DNA of 64,000 nt, from positions 1,328,836 through 1,392,835 of the forward strand of contig CAJINV010000007.1 in the NCBI GenBank assembly GCA_905178155.1, in the 5' to 3' direction. The stretch comes from Amoebophrya sp. A120 (taxonomy: Eukaryota; Protista; Dinoflagellata). Every line of letters starts with the position of its first letter. Position 1 is the stretch's first letter. The notes under the pieces are model-generated. The model had not been told where the DNA came from, ran no database searches, and saw only the letters and a list, made by a program, of their open reading frames with translations. Shown piece by piece: positions 34,701 through 47,358 of the stretch. The translations under genes and the position numbers were made by a program.

Positions 34701-36259
34701 GAACAATCCCTTTCCCCCACCAGCTTCTTCTTTTTCTGCAACTACAGGGGAAAGCAATAGGAATATTAGCAGCTTGAGAGGTACGACAACTATGGTCCCC
34801 TCGTCCGGGCCGCCACCGGCCCAGGCTGGAAATGTTCTCCGCGCTGGCTCCGTTCCGCCCCTCGTAGCTGCTACGGCGGGTCCAACAACATCACAGCGCC
34901 ACTTCGACCAGCAAAAAATGCCGCTCTGCTCCCAGCAATTATCTACCTCCCAGTCCCAGTCGAGGAGATTACCACGGAATCATTTGCTCTACAGCCTGCA
35001 GACACCCTCGCCGAGTGTGGAGGTGGGAGCTGCACAGGAACCTCCTCAAAATGGAGTGTTGAATGTGGCAAGAATAAACTCACACAATTATTCTTCATCA
35101 TCCGTGTCCGTCGGCGCCCCGCCACCGCGGTTACCCACTAGAATGTCAAGCGCCGGGAGTACATTCAACAATAAGAATTCATCTGCGTCGATCCCCATCC
35201 CGCCGTTCACGACCCACGTAAACACGGATGGGTCGAAACTCACCACGAACAGCAATCGGACCAATATCAAAACGAAAAATCCCCCCTCCCCATATCGAAA
35301 ACGATGAAATTTGTGATGCTGTATTTGAGTACACAAATCGACTTGTAATGCTAGAAGGCCAAGAGACGCAGCTGTGGCCTCGTTTGCAGGCAATTTGTCA
35401 TGCTGTCTCCCACTTCCAGCTGCCCCCTGTCATGCTGAAGATGCAAGGCTCTTCCACGCCAACCAGCATTACAGTCCGCATCTTTTCCCTTCTAGCATGA
35501 CAAAGCTGATTTGTGACCACAAATCTGCATCGCAAATTTCTAGTTTGAGTATGGGGTGGGGGGATTTTCCATTTTGATAACCAATTCCAGGGAAAGATCG
35601 CACACTTTCGGGACTGTCGCTGGGGAACATGAGCCGCCTGTGAACTTGAGCAGAGGTTATGCATTGCTGTTTTGGAAGTATCGATCTCGGTCTGGAAAAG
35701 CAGTGCCAGGTTTGTCATGCTCGGCTAGGCGCGTGACTGGCAAGACTGTCATGCATGGCGCCCAAAAGTTAAAGTGCCACTTTTCTGTGATTCATGCAAA
35801 GACGCGGTCGTCTATAATGCAGAAAACACAAGAACATCAATCTACACGTTGTACTTCCAGCATGATCCCCAAACCTTGTCATGCTTCGCCGTCAGAAATT
35901 CAGGCTCTCTCGTGATTGTCCAACCCGCATCTTGTTTCCAGACCCAGACGAAAGTGTTTGCATTCGATAATAGAGCAGGTGGCAGTGGGGCTACATCAAG
36001 CGGAAACAACAGTGGCAAACTGCTTGCCGCCTCGCTCAGTACCAGGCAACTGCAGCGGCCAAGTTCTGCGGGGGGGAACGTACAACCACAAGGCGCCTCT
36101 GTGGGTGCAGCCAATTCCCCCTTTGGCCCCATCCCCACGACCGGTGTGATACCCGCAGCGCATTTGCGACCCCCGCCGGCGCTGAACGTTGCGGCCGCCT
36201 TTGCGAACAAAATGGCTGGATCCTACTCCGTGCCGCAAAGTGTGCGGTTTGCGCAATGA
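28794..36259 (+). CDS. Large coiled-coil protein with possible GAS2/GAR-like domain and low-complexity C-terminus
   Basis: E/Q/K/L heptad-rich exons join in frame across 11 introner-derived introns and GT-AG introns 31503-31704, 32177-32355, 32870-33033, 33204-33331. YQPAKGDAVDEQLGNFLN...FSRVSKGRYLYG resembles a GAR domain. Confidence 0.7.
29165..29439. mobile_element. Degenerate family A introner, now bounded by GT-AG (29164-29440)
   Basis: TATGCATTG...CCAGGCCCAGACATATTTGCAATGCACA; direct repeat lost; GT-AG splicing gives ENF-VALQEQ in frame. Confidence 0.75.
29560..29736. mobile_element. Introner, family E (inverted relative to 23237 copy)
   Basis: TIRs; direct repeat AGAAA. Confidence 0.92.
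29749..30016. mobile_element. Introner, D-like; its direct repeat supplies canonical GT-AG
   Basis: TATCCGAAGGAAAAAA...TTTTTTTCTTCGTATA; direct repeat AAAGG; intron 29748-30020 reads GT...AG. Confidence 0.88.
30262..30582. mobile_element. Introner, family F (inverted relative to 23837 copy)
   Basis: TIRs; direct repeat GGCGA; EVA-KRDQ restored. Confidence 0.9.
30683..30964. mobile_element. Introner, family A
   Basis: TIRs; direct repeat TCGAA/TCGGA; GFE-KERE restored. Confidence 0.9.
31020..31319. mobile_element. Introner, family B
   Basis: TIRs; direct repeat TTTTC; KF-SEQF restored. Confidence 0.92.
31835..32097. mobile_element. Introner, family A
   Basis: ~30-bp near-perfect TIR; direct repeat GGATG. 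Confidence 0.93.
33384..33614. mobile_element. Introner, D-like
   Basis: TATCGTGAGAAAAACGTGTTACAGTT...AACTGTAGCACTTTTTTTCTTGGATA; direct repeat GGGTT/TGGTT. Confidence 0.85.
33664..33928. mobile_element. Introner, family A
   Basis: TIRs; direct repeat CCCAG/TCCAG; ASQ-PATT restored. Confidence 0.88.
35265..35579. mobile_element. Introner, family B
   Basis: TIRs; direct repeat ACCAA; frame restored. Confidence 0.92.
35658..35969. mobile_element. Degenerate family A introner
   Basis: TATGCATTGC...GGTCTGGAAA / TTTCCAGACCCAGAC...GCATTCGATA; flanks GAGGT/ATAGA diverged. In frame either as element plus 5 nt or as GT-AG 35656-35978. Confidence 0.75.
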
Positions 36260-37400
36260 TGAGTGGAGGTGTCTGTTGTAGTCCACGAACAAGCTACAGA
36301 GCCTCGACTCTTCAAGCGGAAAGTTAGTATAGAAGCTGCTTCAAATGTGGTCTCTTTGTAGAAGAAGTTCTCATTCTCATACGTACATTAGATCGGTGAC
36401 GCAAACAACCAGTATAATTCGTGCGCTGGAAAATTTCAAAAACCACATACGACAACATGGACCGAATGAAATTTCTTACATCGCAAGAACGTCCAAGACC
36501 AAGTGGAACTTTTTCACCCTGCTCCTTTGCGCAGATTTGCTACGAAAAGGAAGTTTCTGTCCGATGCTAGTGCATTTAAACGTGGTACTACTGCCACTAG
36601 TACCAGGTTCATCGAAGAAGGTCGGTAAGGAAAAAAGTGAGTATTGTCAACGTGCATGAAGACAGAACGTGGAGCACCTCGGTTTTGTAAATATATAATG
36701 CTGGTCGCATTTTTGTTTTAGTTTTTCGTCTCGGTTGTACAACTTGCCAAGCAGCTCTGCTACTTCCGTTTAAATTGGCTCTAATAAGTACGTGCAACAC
36801 CCCGTTTCTACGATACTAATGAACCACCTCGGTCGTGCCACCTCGCATCATGCTCGGTTTTCGTACAGTGCTTCTAGTCACCGAAGTTTAACATCGTACG
36901 ACTGTAACGTAGCTCGTTCAGGATTACTTACACAAATCGTTTTTCGCCGGTTAAGGTCCTGTACGAAAAGTAGATACGGACCACGGGAGAGGCGTGTCCT
37001 CACTCCTTCGTACAGTTTGGGCCGATACTTGTTTTTGTGACGATTTTAGACACAAATAACTTGTGATGTTGTTGAATTCATGGAGCTTTTCCTTCTAAAG
37101 CACAGGTGCAGGACCAGTTCGCGCACTTCACTTCTCCCAATTCCATTACCCGTATCAATACTTAGCACTGGTCGGTTTCTGATTGTGATGGTCCTCTTTC
37201 GAAAACTTAAACTACATTAGGCGCAACTACTACAACTAGAACTACACTGCTGTATCTTTTTCACATGTAGCGCGACGGCGCGGACCTTTTTGACGACGTA
37301 CTTTCTTTCCATTTTGAGGCCTTGACTTGCTGCGGCTTGCTCGGCTTCTGATCTACTCATCTTCTTCCTCTGGTGATAAATATTCATCCAGGTGAACAAG

Positions 37401-40400
37401 ATGGACGCATCGGCACCCGAAACGCCGAAGACGCGGCCTGATGAGATGACGGCCGCTCCGGTCGTGGCTACCGGGTCTCCGATCGACGCGAAGAGGATGC
37501 AAGAGGGAGCGAAAGTCGACCACATGGAGCTTGCTTTCCCCGAGACTGGAGCAGCGAGCACCGTGATCACAACCCACTTCAACGCACGCAGTCTCTTTTT
37601 GGGCTCCTTTTTCTTCTGGTTATTCGTTTCCGCTGGGCGGTTCATTCTGTTTCCGTTCTTCGGCATCATATCCCGAGAAAAATAAACGGTCTCAGTCTCA
37701 AACTCTACTTTGCAGTAGACTTTGCATAATAGGTTCGCGAAGTAGGATAAACAAAACCGGCAATCATGCGTCAAAAATAAAGTAAAACCCAAGAGATGAA
37801 AACACGCATATTTTTAAAGGACCTCGTAGTTCCACCTGCTCTTGCATGTCGAGCATGTTGACCAAAAACAGTCTGAACGAAGTTCCGCAACACAAGATGA
37901 GACTGAGACAGCTTTTTCTTGCCTATACACCACCCCGCTGATGTACTTCTCCATTGTCGACACGGCGATTGTGACCCTGCACGTTTTGGTGCTGTTCTAC
38001 ATGAACGAGCGGTACCACTTTCGCCCCCACTATCTGTACGCGCACCAGAAAGCCGTGGCACAGAACAAGTTTCTGCCTTACGAGCGCCCGGCCGCTCCTG
38101 CTTTGACGCCTTCTGCCCCCACTCCGCGGTTAACGGTGCGCGCCACGGAACTCGTCGTGGACGAACACGCACTTGCGGTGATTTCGGACCAAAAGCACCT
38201 ATCCAACTGCACAAGAACTCTCCCTCCTCCCCATTTGTATGATCTTCGATGTTCATCATCTTGAAGAACAGCAACAGAAACAACAGCAGAGATGTTGTAG
38301 CTTCTGCATGTGAAGACAAGTCCACAGGACACGAAAAATAAATAGAAGGACTATAAGGGAAAAAATCACCGCAACCTTCAGAAGAAAATTCTTCAGAAGA
38401 ACCTTCAGAAGAAAACAAAAATCTTCTGAAGGTTCAAAAATGGCTGTTTTGAAAAAGACACAAAATCGGAACGGATTCAGGTCCTGTTTCAAGAAAAACA
38501 ATTTTTTTTTTCAGACCTTCAGAAGCTTTTGTCGAGTTTTGACCTTCAGGAAGGTTTTTGAAACCTTCAGAAGAATTTTGATGCACAAAAGCTTCTGAAG
38601 GTTTGTCAGCTGTTCACTTTTGACCTTCCTGAAGGTTTTTAACCTTCTGAAGGTGCAATTTTTGCAACCTTCTGAAGGCCGAATGAAAAAAGTGGCGTCT
38701 TTTACAAAAAAAATTGCAAAAAGTCGCGAGTTTTTTTTTGACCTTCAGAAGGTCAAAAAACCTTCCTGAAGGCCTTCAGAAGGTTGCAGTTCTTCTGAAG
38801 GTCCAAAAATCTTCTGAAGGTTTTCTGCAGCTTTCCGCAAGCTTGCGAACCCAAAAAATGTTTTCTTCGACTAACGCGCCGCGTGGAAAGAGCGCGACTT
38901 GGCCTCGTTCGCGTTTAGATGCTTCGCGCACTGCTGTCGCGATTCCCGTCGCTCAAGAAGCGCCTGGCACTTTGACAAGAAACCAAAGCTGCCCGCTTTT
39001 GTAAAAACAAAAGGCGAGACCTGGCTAGGTAGCGGACAACAGGCGAGTTCTTTCCTGGTTTCTTCCTGATCTGGCCGGGCCTCCGAAATAAAAGCCGCCA
39101 AAGCTGGCCACTATTGTAAAGCGAGAAGCGACCTCGTTGCTTGTTTGTTAGTCTGGGCCTCAGAGACGAAGCCAAAAGCTGACCGTCTTTGTTTTCTCCC
39201 GAATTTGGCCACTTCGAGAGAAGCCAAACGCGGCCACTTTATTAGAGCCGACAAAGTCGAGCGCGAAAATTTTTCAGGGCAGACTGGCATGAAAATGGGG
39301 CCTACGCTGAAGAGTTGCTTTATTTTTTCCCACGCGGCGCACGCCGCGTGGATTGGTTCTTACTTACTATGTAGTTTTATCGTGTCTTCGGAGTACTGAT
39401 GTACAACTGCTTCGTATAAGTAACTGCAAGAGTTGATGATGTCCATCCTCGGACCCCCTACAACGTCCCATGGCTGGGATCTTCATTGCAATTATTCGCA
39501 TGACAAGTAATAGGTGGGGGTTGACGAGTTGTGCACATGGATAGCAGCACCCGCAGGTGCACAAGCAGGTGAAGAACTACATGCGGGCGTCCATGCGGCG
39601 GGACAGCACCCGGAGCCTCCTCGGAGGGCCTAGTCCGCACGGCTCACCGAGGTCCGACGTCGGGGCCAACAAGGCGGAAGACGCTGCAAGAAATGCATCC
39701 CCGCGATCCGACGTGGTTGCAGCTGCAGCCCAGCAACAAGCTGGTGAACAAGCTGGAGCAGCCCCCCTTGCAAATGTTGATGTTGAGCGCCCGGCCCCCG
39801 CGCAGGGGCAGCAGCTGTTGGCGCCGGTGTCCCCAGAACACGTGGATTTCGCGGATGCGACCAGCAACGTTGGCGCAGATCAGCAGGGCGTGGTTCCGTA
39901 CGTGCCGGCGGCCTGGGGTTCCACGGGCGACAACGAAATCATCCACTGCTTTGCCGTGTTGCACTACAAGGAGCCGGAGGAACAGCTGTACACGTTGTGC
40001 GAGAACCTGGCGGACCAGAAGGCCCGGGGCCGCAAGGTGCTCCTGATCGGCATGGAGAAGGGCACGCCGGACAAGGAAAAGAAGATGGAGAAGATTGCCG
40101 AGATTGCCAACACCCACCCGATCCGGGGGGGGCCGGGGGAACAGGACCGACCGGCGTTCGAGGCCGTGCTGTACACGGTGCACACCCTCCGGCCGGGCGA
40201 AATCCCCGGCACCGGCAGCAACCACTTCCAGTGCCAAGTGGTGGCCGAGCTGTTCTTCGGGCAAGCGGGCGAGCACATGCTCGACAAAGTCATCTTCTTA
40301 TCACAGGAAAAAAGTTAATGTTAACGGAATTTCAATTTCAATTTGTGATGCAATGACGCATCACAAAACGCGCCCGAATTTGTCATCCATAGCATTCATA

Positions 40401-43119
40401 TTTTTTTATATAAGTAGGCAAAAGTTGTAGTCACGCGTCCGACTGCACTCTGTGAAAACCGTTAACGTTATACTCTTTTTTGTTTGATACTTCTCCAAGT
40501 TCGACTGCAACATGAGGCTGTCCGGGCCGCTGGTGGAGGAGATGGAGGCCGCGTGGGAACTCACGCACGAGGACGAGCGGGTGGGGCTTTCCTTCATGCC
40601 CAATGTGTGCTGGGCCGCGGACGTGCACGACGAGAAGCGGTCGGCGTGCGAGATCGCGGCGAGCTGCGCCATGTGCTGCGGCATGAACATCGCGCCGTTC
40701 TCGATCGCCTTCGTGTCCGGGTCCCTGGCCAGTGCCATCAAGGCGGGCTACACCAGCCCCACGCTGCTCCCCGAGGACGAGATGCTGTTCACGAAGCGGG
40801 CCGTGATGGTGCCGCACTCGCGCACGGTCCGCCTGTACTCCCGCGTGATGAAGACGTTCTACCCGGCCGAGTGCAGCTCCTACACCTTCGTGTTCGGCGT
40901 GTTCTGGCCCAAGTACAAGCGGTGGTTCGCCGGGTGGCTCGAGCTCCACGCGTACATGTTTTGCTGGCTGGTGCTCGGCCCCCGCTTGGCCTCCATGCAC
41001 GACGAACACCCGCGCCGCCGCAGCGTGTACTGGCCGCGCGCCTGGTTCATCTTCTTGATGAGTGTCCTCCGGAAGTACATGTGCATGGTCGCCGCCGTGG
41101 GCGCCATCCCGATGACCTTCGTCCACATAAGCGCGTGGAACGATTCCGATCACTACCTGGACTACGGGCGCGGGAACTATCACATGGAGGTCGAGGACTG
41201 GCTCTACGAAATCTTTGCCACGAACCCGTCGTTATCAACTGCAAATATCGATATTCGCGCTGGATGTCTGGAACATTTTTTGCCGAGTTTGTCATCGACA
41301 AATTGTACATGACGCGCTCCCGCAATTTTCATGTTGCCTGCGATGCATGCTCTAGCATCAACAACATAGCTTTTATTGCGAAGCAGGTTTGCAGCCCATG
41401 CCTGTCCTGCAGGAGAAATAGTTCTTCTTGGCTACTTTCTAAGTGCCTTTTGCTGCTCATGCAGTACGTCGTGTTTTTGTATGATAGAAGCGCCATGATC
41501 GCAAGGGGGCGCCGCCATTCTTTCCAGATCGGAGGACATAGTATTTTTGCAATGCATAGTCGCACGCGTACATGACGGAGGCGTACGGATATCCCCTGTC
41601 GGACGAGTACATGCGGTCCCTTATCCTGCGGAAAAACGCCCCCACCCCATAGTTGTCATGCAAATCTGCATGCTCAAAGTGTTTGTCATGCCGAGCCCCA
41701 TGAGAAGCGATTTCTAGTTGTGTTTTGGAATTTGTTATGCTCCAATCAGCATAATAGGCTAGATCTGTGATGCTGCTGAACTAGCTAAACAGGACTACAC
41801 TACGAAGCCAACTTTGTCATGCGCAACGGCCAAAGCTTCTGCATTTGTCTAGCAGATTTCCCATTTTGCCTATGGGGTGGGGACGCTTTTACCCAGGATA
41901 GCCCTCCAGAACTACCGCCGGGCCCAGTTTCAAACGATGCTGGTAGCGGTCGGGACTTTTTTCGCCGTGATCACCGCCTTCCGCTCGCTGCGGAAATTCT
42001 ACCTGGCTTTCCCAGGGGTCATGAAGTTCAACGCCTGGGCTTTCTTCAAGGGCTTTCTCGTGACGGGGCCCATGAGCTTATTGATGACGTTCGCTCTGCT
42101 GTACACCTACCTGAAACACGGGCTTTTGAACGAGCCGATGTTGCATTCCGCGCAGGGAGATACGGTGGCGGCCATGCAGAAGGGCGGCGCACCATCTTCC
42201 GCGTCGCCGTCGGGCGACAAGCCCTCGCAAGAAGGAACAAGAACTTCTGCGCAAAACGTCGCACAACCGGCGCAAGAACTGCAAAGCGAACAAGTGCAGC
42301 CAGAACAAACGACGCCTATCCCGTGGAAAAACGCCCCCATCCCCATACCTGTCATGTAAATCTGCAAGCCTGAGAGAGCTGCTTCTCTTTCTCATGCGCA
42401 GCCCCATGAGGAGCAGGAGGGAGAGGAGGAGCATTTATTTCCATTGCTATCCTCTGGAAGTTTCAAGTTTGTCATGCTCGAATCAGCATACGCAACCTGC
42501 GTGAGGATTTGTGGTGCCGCTTAGGTTTATTCGCTAGCTAAACAGGATTAATGCACGACTGCGAGCTCAGGTGACCATTTGTCTTGCGCAACAGCCAAAG
42601 CAAACCTCGGTTGTTGATTTGTGTAGCAGAATTCCTAGCTTCGTGGCCCTGGAGTGGGGACGTTTTTGCTCCGGATAGCTTCACCTGCTGACGTCCTTCC
42701 CAGGGAGTCCCAGCAGTCTCAACAGTCGTCCAAACCAGCAGAGCCACAACATCTGGCGGTCCCCATGCCCCAGGTGCAGGTGGACGCAGAGAAATTGGAT
42801 GCAGAAATACGTTATGCATTGCAAATATGTCTGGGTCTCCTGGATCTGGAAAGATTGGAACTCGTCATGCAAAGTCTCGATCTTTGCAAAAAAGTCTGTG
42901 TAGTTGCATCATGAACTGCACCAAAAGTTGGCCTTTTCTTGCTAGGCAAAAGGCGGACTTCTCATTCGCGGTCGGCGTCAGGAGGGTCTCGCAAAATCTG
43001 TGATGCTTCTGTGCGCATTCCAGAGCGTACTCGTGGTCCGCGAGATGCATGACAAATAATCTTGCTTTCTTCCAGACCCAGACATGTTTGCAGTGCATAT
43101 ACTTACCTCGTATATGTAA
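37401..43119 (+). CDS. Membrane-bound GT2-family (GT-A fold) glycosyltransferase-like protein
   Basis: HYKEPEEQLYTLCENLA, LLIGMEK, HTLRPGEIPGTGSN, SKFDCN, LLPEDEMLF, YKRWFAG (QxxRW-like), flanking TM helices. Assembled across 7 introners; 3' end uncertain. Confidence 0.7.
37669..37927. mobile_element. Introner, D-like
   Basis: TATCCCGAGAAAAA...GTCTCAGTCTCA / TGAGACTGAGAC...TTTTTCTTGCCTATA; direct repeat CATCA/CACCA; FFGI-TPLM restored. Confidence 0.85.
38200..39543. mobile_element. Long introner, family I-like, 1344 bp
   Basis: TATCCAACTGCACAAG.../...GAGTTGTGCACATGGATA; direct repeat GCACC/GCAGC; DQKH-HPQVHKQ restored. Confidence 0.8.
38370..38830. repeat. Array of CCTTCAGAAG / CTTCTGAAGG units in both orientations inside long introner
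   Basis: More than 15 copies of the near-palindromic CTTC(A/T)GAAG core separated by A/T runs. Confidence 0.85.
40299..40489. mobile_element. Introner, family H (TIR with GTTAACGG)
   Basis: TIRs; direct repeat CTTCT; VIF-SKFD restored. Confidence 0.9.
41233..41558. mobile_element. Introner, family A (diverged)
   Basis: TATCAACTGCAAA.../...TTTGCAATGCATA; direct repeat GTCGT/GTCGC. Confidence 0.85.
41622..41900. mobile_element. Introner, family C
   Basis: TIRs; direct repeat TCCCT/GCCCT; RS-LQNYRR restored. Confidence 0.9.
42317..42677. mobile_element. Introner, family C (diverged)
   Basis: TATCCCGTGGAAAAACGCCCCCA.../...TGGGGACGTTTTTGCTCCGGATA; flanks ACGCC/GCTTC diverged; element plus 5 nt keeps frame. 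Confidence 0.8.
42813..43099. mobile_element. Introner, family A
   Basis: TIRs; direct repeat TACGT/TACTT. Confidence 0.88.
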
Positions 43120-44713
43120 GTCTTTCACGACTTAATGTTCTCTCCCCTTGCTGGGAATCACTACTACTACTACTACTACTACTACTATACTGCTGCAAGG
43201 CGGTAGAGAAGAAAGTGGGAAGCATGCAAAAACACGAAAAGTGGTGCAAAGGGAAGAAGCATGCCTTCCCACTAGAAGAAGTCGACGATGATGTCGACGC
43301 TGGAGCGGAATAAATAAAACAAGTAGTTCCCTCTAGTAACCCCGTCAGTTGGGTAAATCATTCACTCATTCATACGAGCTCGCAGTTCGATGCTCGGTTT
43401 TCTTTTTTCGATTTAAGTAGATACTTCGACTTCTCGGTCTTTTCTCGTTTTCTCGCTGTTTTCGCTTTGTCATTTGTATCTCCCAAAAAAAAATAGAATT
43501 TGCTTATGTACTTCTTCTACGCACAAAGAAGGAGTCAGTCGAGCAATTTTTATCCGAGAGCCGCGAAAATGAAACCCCTTGTTCCGCGATCGATTTTGAC
43601 TAGATGTTTTTTCTCGTCCAGTTTTCTTTTCCAAGTATCTTTACTTGATCTTATTTTTTCTCGCTGCTCTTGCATTCGCATTTTACTACATGTTTTTTCG
43701 TTTTCGCATGACAATTTGAAGCACGTAAATATAAATATTTTTTCACTACACTAAAATTTGAATATGAACTTCTTGTTCTTTTTGGTCCCGTCCAGTAAAT
43801 GTTGTTGGCCGTCCAGCTACAGCACGCAAGCCCGCGCACAACAATCTCAAACGATTTCCTATCCCTCTTTCCACTACTTCGAGTCACGCGCTGTGTCATT
43901 TTCTAGAATGAATGTCGCCCTGAAGACAGTTACACTACGAAAACGAGGTTCGGAGTAGTTGTTGGCACTATCATTCATTGTTGTTGTTCTGCATGAAAAC
44001 ATCAATGATGCTTAGAAAAAAGAAAGACTCTCCTCTGGTGATTTAATGTTCGTCCGGTTCGTGGTTATGGATACGCATACTACACTCTTGTTAATGAGTA
44101 CGCAGGTATTTTTCGGGTCGTAAATTCGTTGTCGACGGCGCCACTCGTAAAATAAGTAGGCTCCTCGAGGAGTCCAACTAGTAGCCTCCGATCGTTTGGG
44201 ATCGTGGTCGTGGACGAGTAAAGATATTAAGCCACTGCAAAAATGCTGCTGCTGCATGGAGCAGCACTAGTATGATGTAGAAGAAATGATTGACAAGTAT
44301 TTCAAATACTTGTCAATCAGATGAAGTGCAATCCAAAACTTGACTTCTAGTTCACGAAAAATGAGCCTCCTTCGTCTTCACGTCGACACGCGCATCTGAA
44401 TAATTATAGTCCGCGGTTTATTTTTTTTCTGTACTTCTTCTTCGTCTTCCATGCCTACTAGTACTACGCGAAGGAAAAAGTAATCGCACGTCTACTTCAA
44501 CACTAGCTGATCGTGATCCTTGCGCATCAAGCACCAACTTTGCAAGTTGCCGTGCCGCTCGACAAGTAGTTGATACTGCTTTTATTTTTGATTATAATTC
44601 TCACGACCAAACAAAAGAGCGTACAACTATCAACACTGGAAGAACGAGTGTTATAAAAAAATATAAAGCAGAACAAGCTTTAACTACAGATTTTTGAGCA
44701 CTGCAGTATCAGT

Positions 44714-47358
44714 ATGGAGGCACAAAAAAAGGAAAGCGTCGCGAGTAGCGGCAGCGGCGGCAGCAGCATCGCCGAGAAGCTACGCAACAACATTCAACGG
44801 TTCGACTTCATCACGGACACCGTGGACGTGAGGGCACTGCCGACGAGTGACGTGCACCTGCGCGTAGTGCTGAACTCGGTGATGCCGGCGCTCGCGCTCG
44901 GGCTCGTGCTGTCCGGCGCCGGAAGCTGCACGTGGTTCATCCACCTCGGGCTCGAGACTTGCGGACGGGTCCAGCAGGGTTCTCCGTCGGCGCCGGAAGG
45001 GGACATTGGTGCCCCCGGACCAGGTCCGGGCGCGGTGGACTGGCAAGTCCGCTTGGACTGCACATCTACCTTGCTGTTTGGCATACCGATGAGCGCAGTG
45101 AAGGCCTACAATTTGCTGACGACGACGTTCATGGTTCTGGGCATGTTCTCGGCTTGCCTGTTCGCGGGCGGCCTGAGTGACAGCCGTGGGCGGCGCGAAA
45201 CCATGCTGGACTTCGGCGTGTTCGGTGTTTTCGCCCACCTCTTCACGGCCTGCAGCTTCAACTGGCCAATGTTCTTCCTCGGCCGATTTGCGCAGGGGTT
45301 CGCGGTGGTAGGCGCGGCCGGGGTGGCGCCAACCTACATCGCGGAAGTGGTTCCGGCGGAGGAACGCGGGAAGTACGGCACCTGGTTTCAGATGATGGTG
45401 GTGATTGGCATTCTCGTGTCCACGCTTCTCGCTCTCGTGTTTACCTCGCCACAGGAGGAGTGGACAAATTTGAAAGCCGCCGGACCACTGGACTTCGTTG
45501 CCAAGAACGACGATGGTGCAGTTGATCCAACTGCCGCGTCGTCCTCATCTCTCTTGCAGTTTTACTTTGGGGGCAGTGCCACTTTTGCCGACAACGCTGG
45601 TGTCCCGCAAGCCAATGTTGGAACAACTACAGCGAGCACTACGTGCGTGGGCCGCGGCTCCACCACCATCACGCCGGGGTGCCTCGACCCGTCCTCAAGT
45701 TTTGCGCAGAAGAACGGTGGACCACAAAGCCAGCACTTACCGCTGTCTCTCGATGATATCGCGCGTTCCTACTACTTTCAAGCGCACGTGTGGTGGCGGT
45801 TCATTGTTGGGCTTCCGGCGGTGCCGATGATGTATGCCGTGCACCAATGGATGATCAATTTGCGGGCGTTGGAGAGTCCGAAATGGCTGGAGAGCAAGAA
45901 ACGATTCGACGAGGCGGAAGCAGCCTACGAACTCCTGATGCCGACGTATGGCCAGGCCAGCATCGCAGGCTTGATCAAAGACGAAACGGCCGCCATTGTG
46001 GATAATTCCATTCTCCGCAAGTCGGACCGCGTCTCTGAGGAGTCGGATCATTCTTTCGCGGCGCGCTTGTTCGATCCCCTAAACTTGCGTCAGCATGGAG
46101 AAAGCGTTGTGGGGATCTTGTTCGACCCGCTGGATATGCATCCAGATGGGGTTTCTAGCGCTTTGAGGAAGGATGTGGAACATGACGGCGCGGTGGAGCA
46201 AGAACAAGCCGAGCAGCACGGCATCATGTGGGCCTTGCAGAATCGTCGATTCAGGAAGGGGGTGCTGATCGGCTGCGGTCTGGCCTTGACGCAGCAATTG
46301 ACGGGCATCAATTTGATGATCACGTCCGCGAAATCGGTGTTCGAACGGTTTGGCAGCGACAAGGCGAGCTACTTTGCCACGGGTCTGATGTTGTGGAATG
46401 TGCTGCTGACGCTGCCGGCCTTTTGGCTGATGGACTCGTGGGGTCGCCGGTCCCTCCTGCTGCTGAGCGCGGTGCTGACCAGCGTCACGATGACCCTCAA
46501 CGCGGGCATGGAGTCCTACGGCCACTTCTTTCCCTACGGTCCGCAGCGGCCTTTAAGCCCCATGTGCGAATACGTGGTGGTAGCCATGGTGTTCGTGTAC
46601 CTGGCCGGATTTGCGCTGGGCTGGGGGCCGGTGCTGTGGGTGTACCTCGGCGAACTCTTCCCGCAGACGATCGCTGCCGGCTGCTCTTTCGGCGCGCTGC
46701 AGATCAACATGGGGATTCAGATCCCGTTGCTGTTTGTGCTGGGACTCTACATGGACGAGCCGTTCGTTCTGTACATCAGTTTTTCCGTCCTCAACCTGCT
46801 TTCCCTCGCTTTCGTGTACTTTTTCATCGTGGAAACGAAGGGAGTGGACGTCGAACGCAGTCCGCTGTACATATCAAATGCAAACATGTCTGGGTCTGGT
46901 TCTGGAAAGGTTATTAAACCTGTATTGCATTTTTTCGCATTCCTGAAAAATCTGTATTGCATAAGCAGCAAATCAAGCGCCACACTTTCGTCATGCAAAA
47001 ACGCATTTTGTAATGCGTTCTGCGCATGAGAAAGCGTTTGAAACATTTGTCATGCTGCACTGCACTTACAGGCACAGTCAATCATGACCATTTTTCAGCG
47101 TTACAAGTTTCCAGACCCAGACATATTTGCAATCCATAGTACATGTTGGGCGACGATGAAGAGGATGCGGATCATCGTTCGACCCTGGCGACGAACGCAA
47201 GCGGCGAGCAGGAGAAACAGTTTTTGTTTTACGGCTCCACGTCCAGCACTTTTTCTCCGTTTCCGCACCAGAAAAGCCTCGTTGGACCGGACAACCAACG
47301 CCCAGCGGTGAATGTTCACACGGAAAATAGTGATGTGCTGGAGGAGGGCGTCTATTAA
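44714..47358 (+). CDS. MFS sugar porter (hexose transporter-like)
   Basis: SDSRGRR, GRFAQG, YIAEVVPAEERG, ESPKWL, QQLTGIN, DSWGRR, GWGPVLW...GELFP, VETKG. One introner near the C-terminus. Confidence 0.92.
46872..47138. mobile_element. Introner, family A
   Basis: TIRs; direct repeat GTACA; SPLY-MLGDD restored. Confidence 0.93.

Noticed and set aside
22629-43119. Genes are pseudogenes disrupted by MITEs
   Set aside because: Exons between insertions show no frameshifts or stops, and family motifs remain recognisable even beside old, diverged elements.
43160-43190. (CTA)n microsatellite
   Set aside because: Ordinary simple repeat near a gene end.
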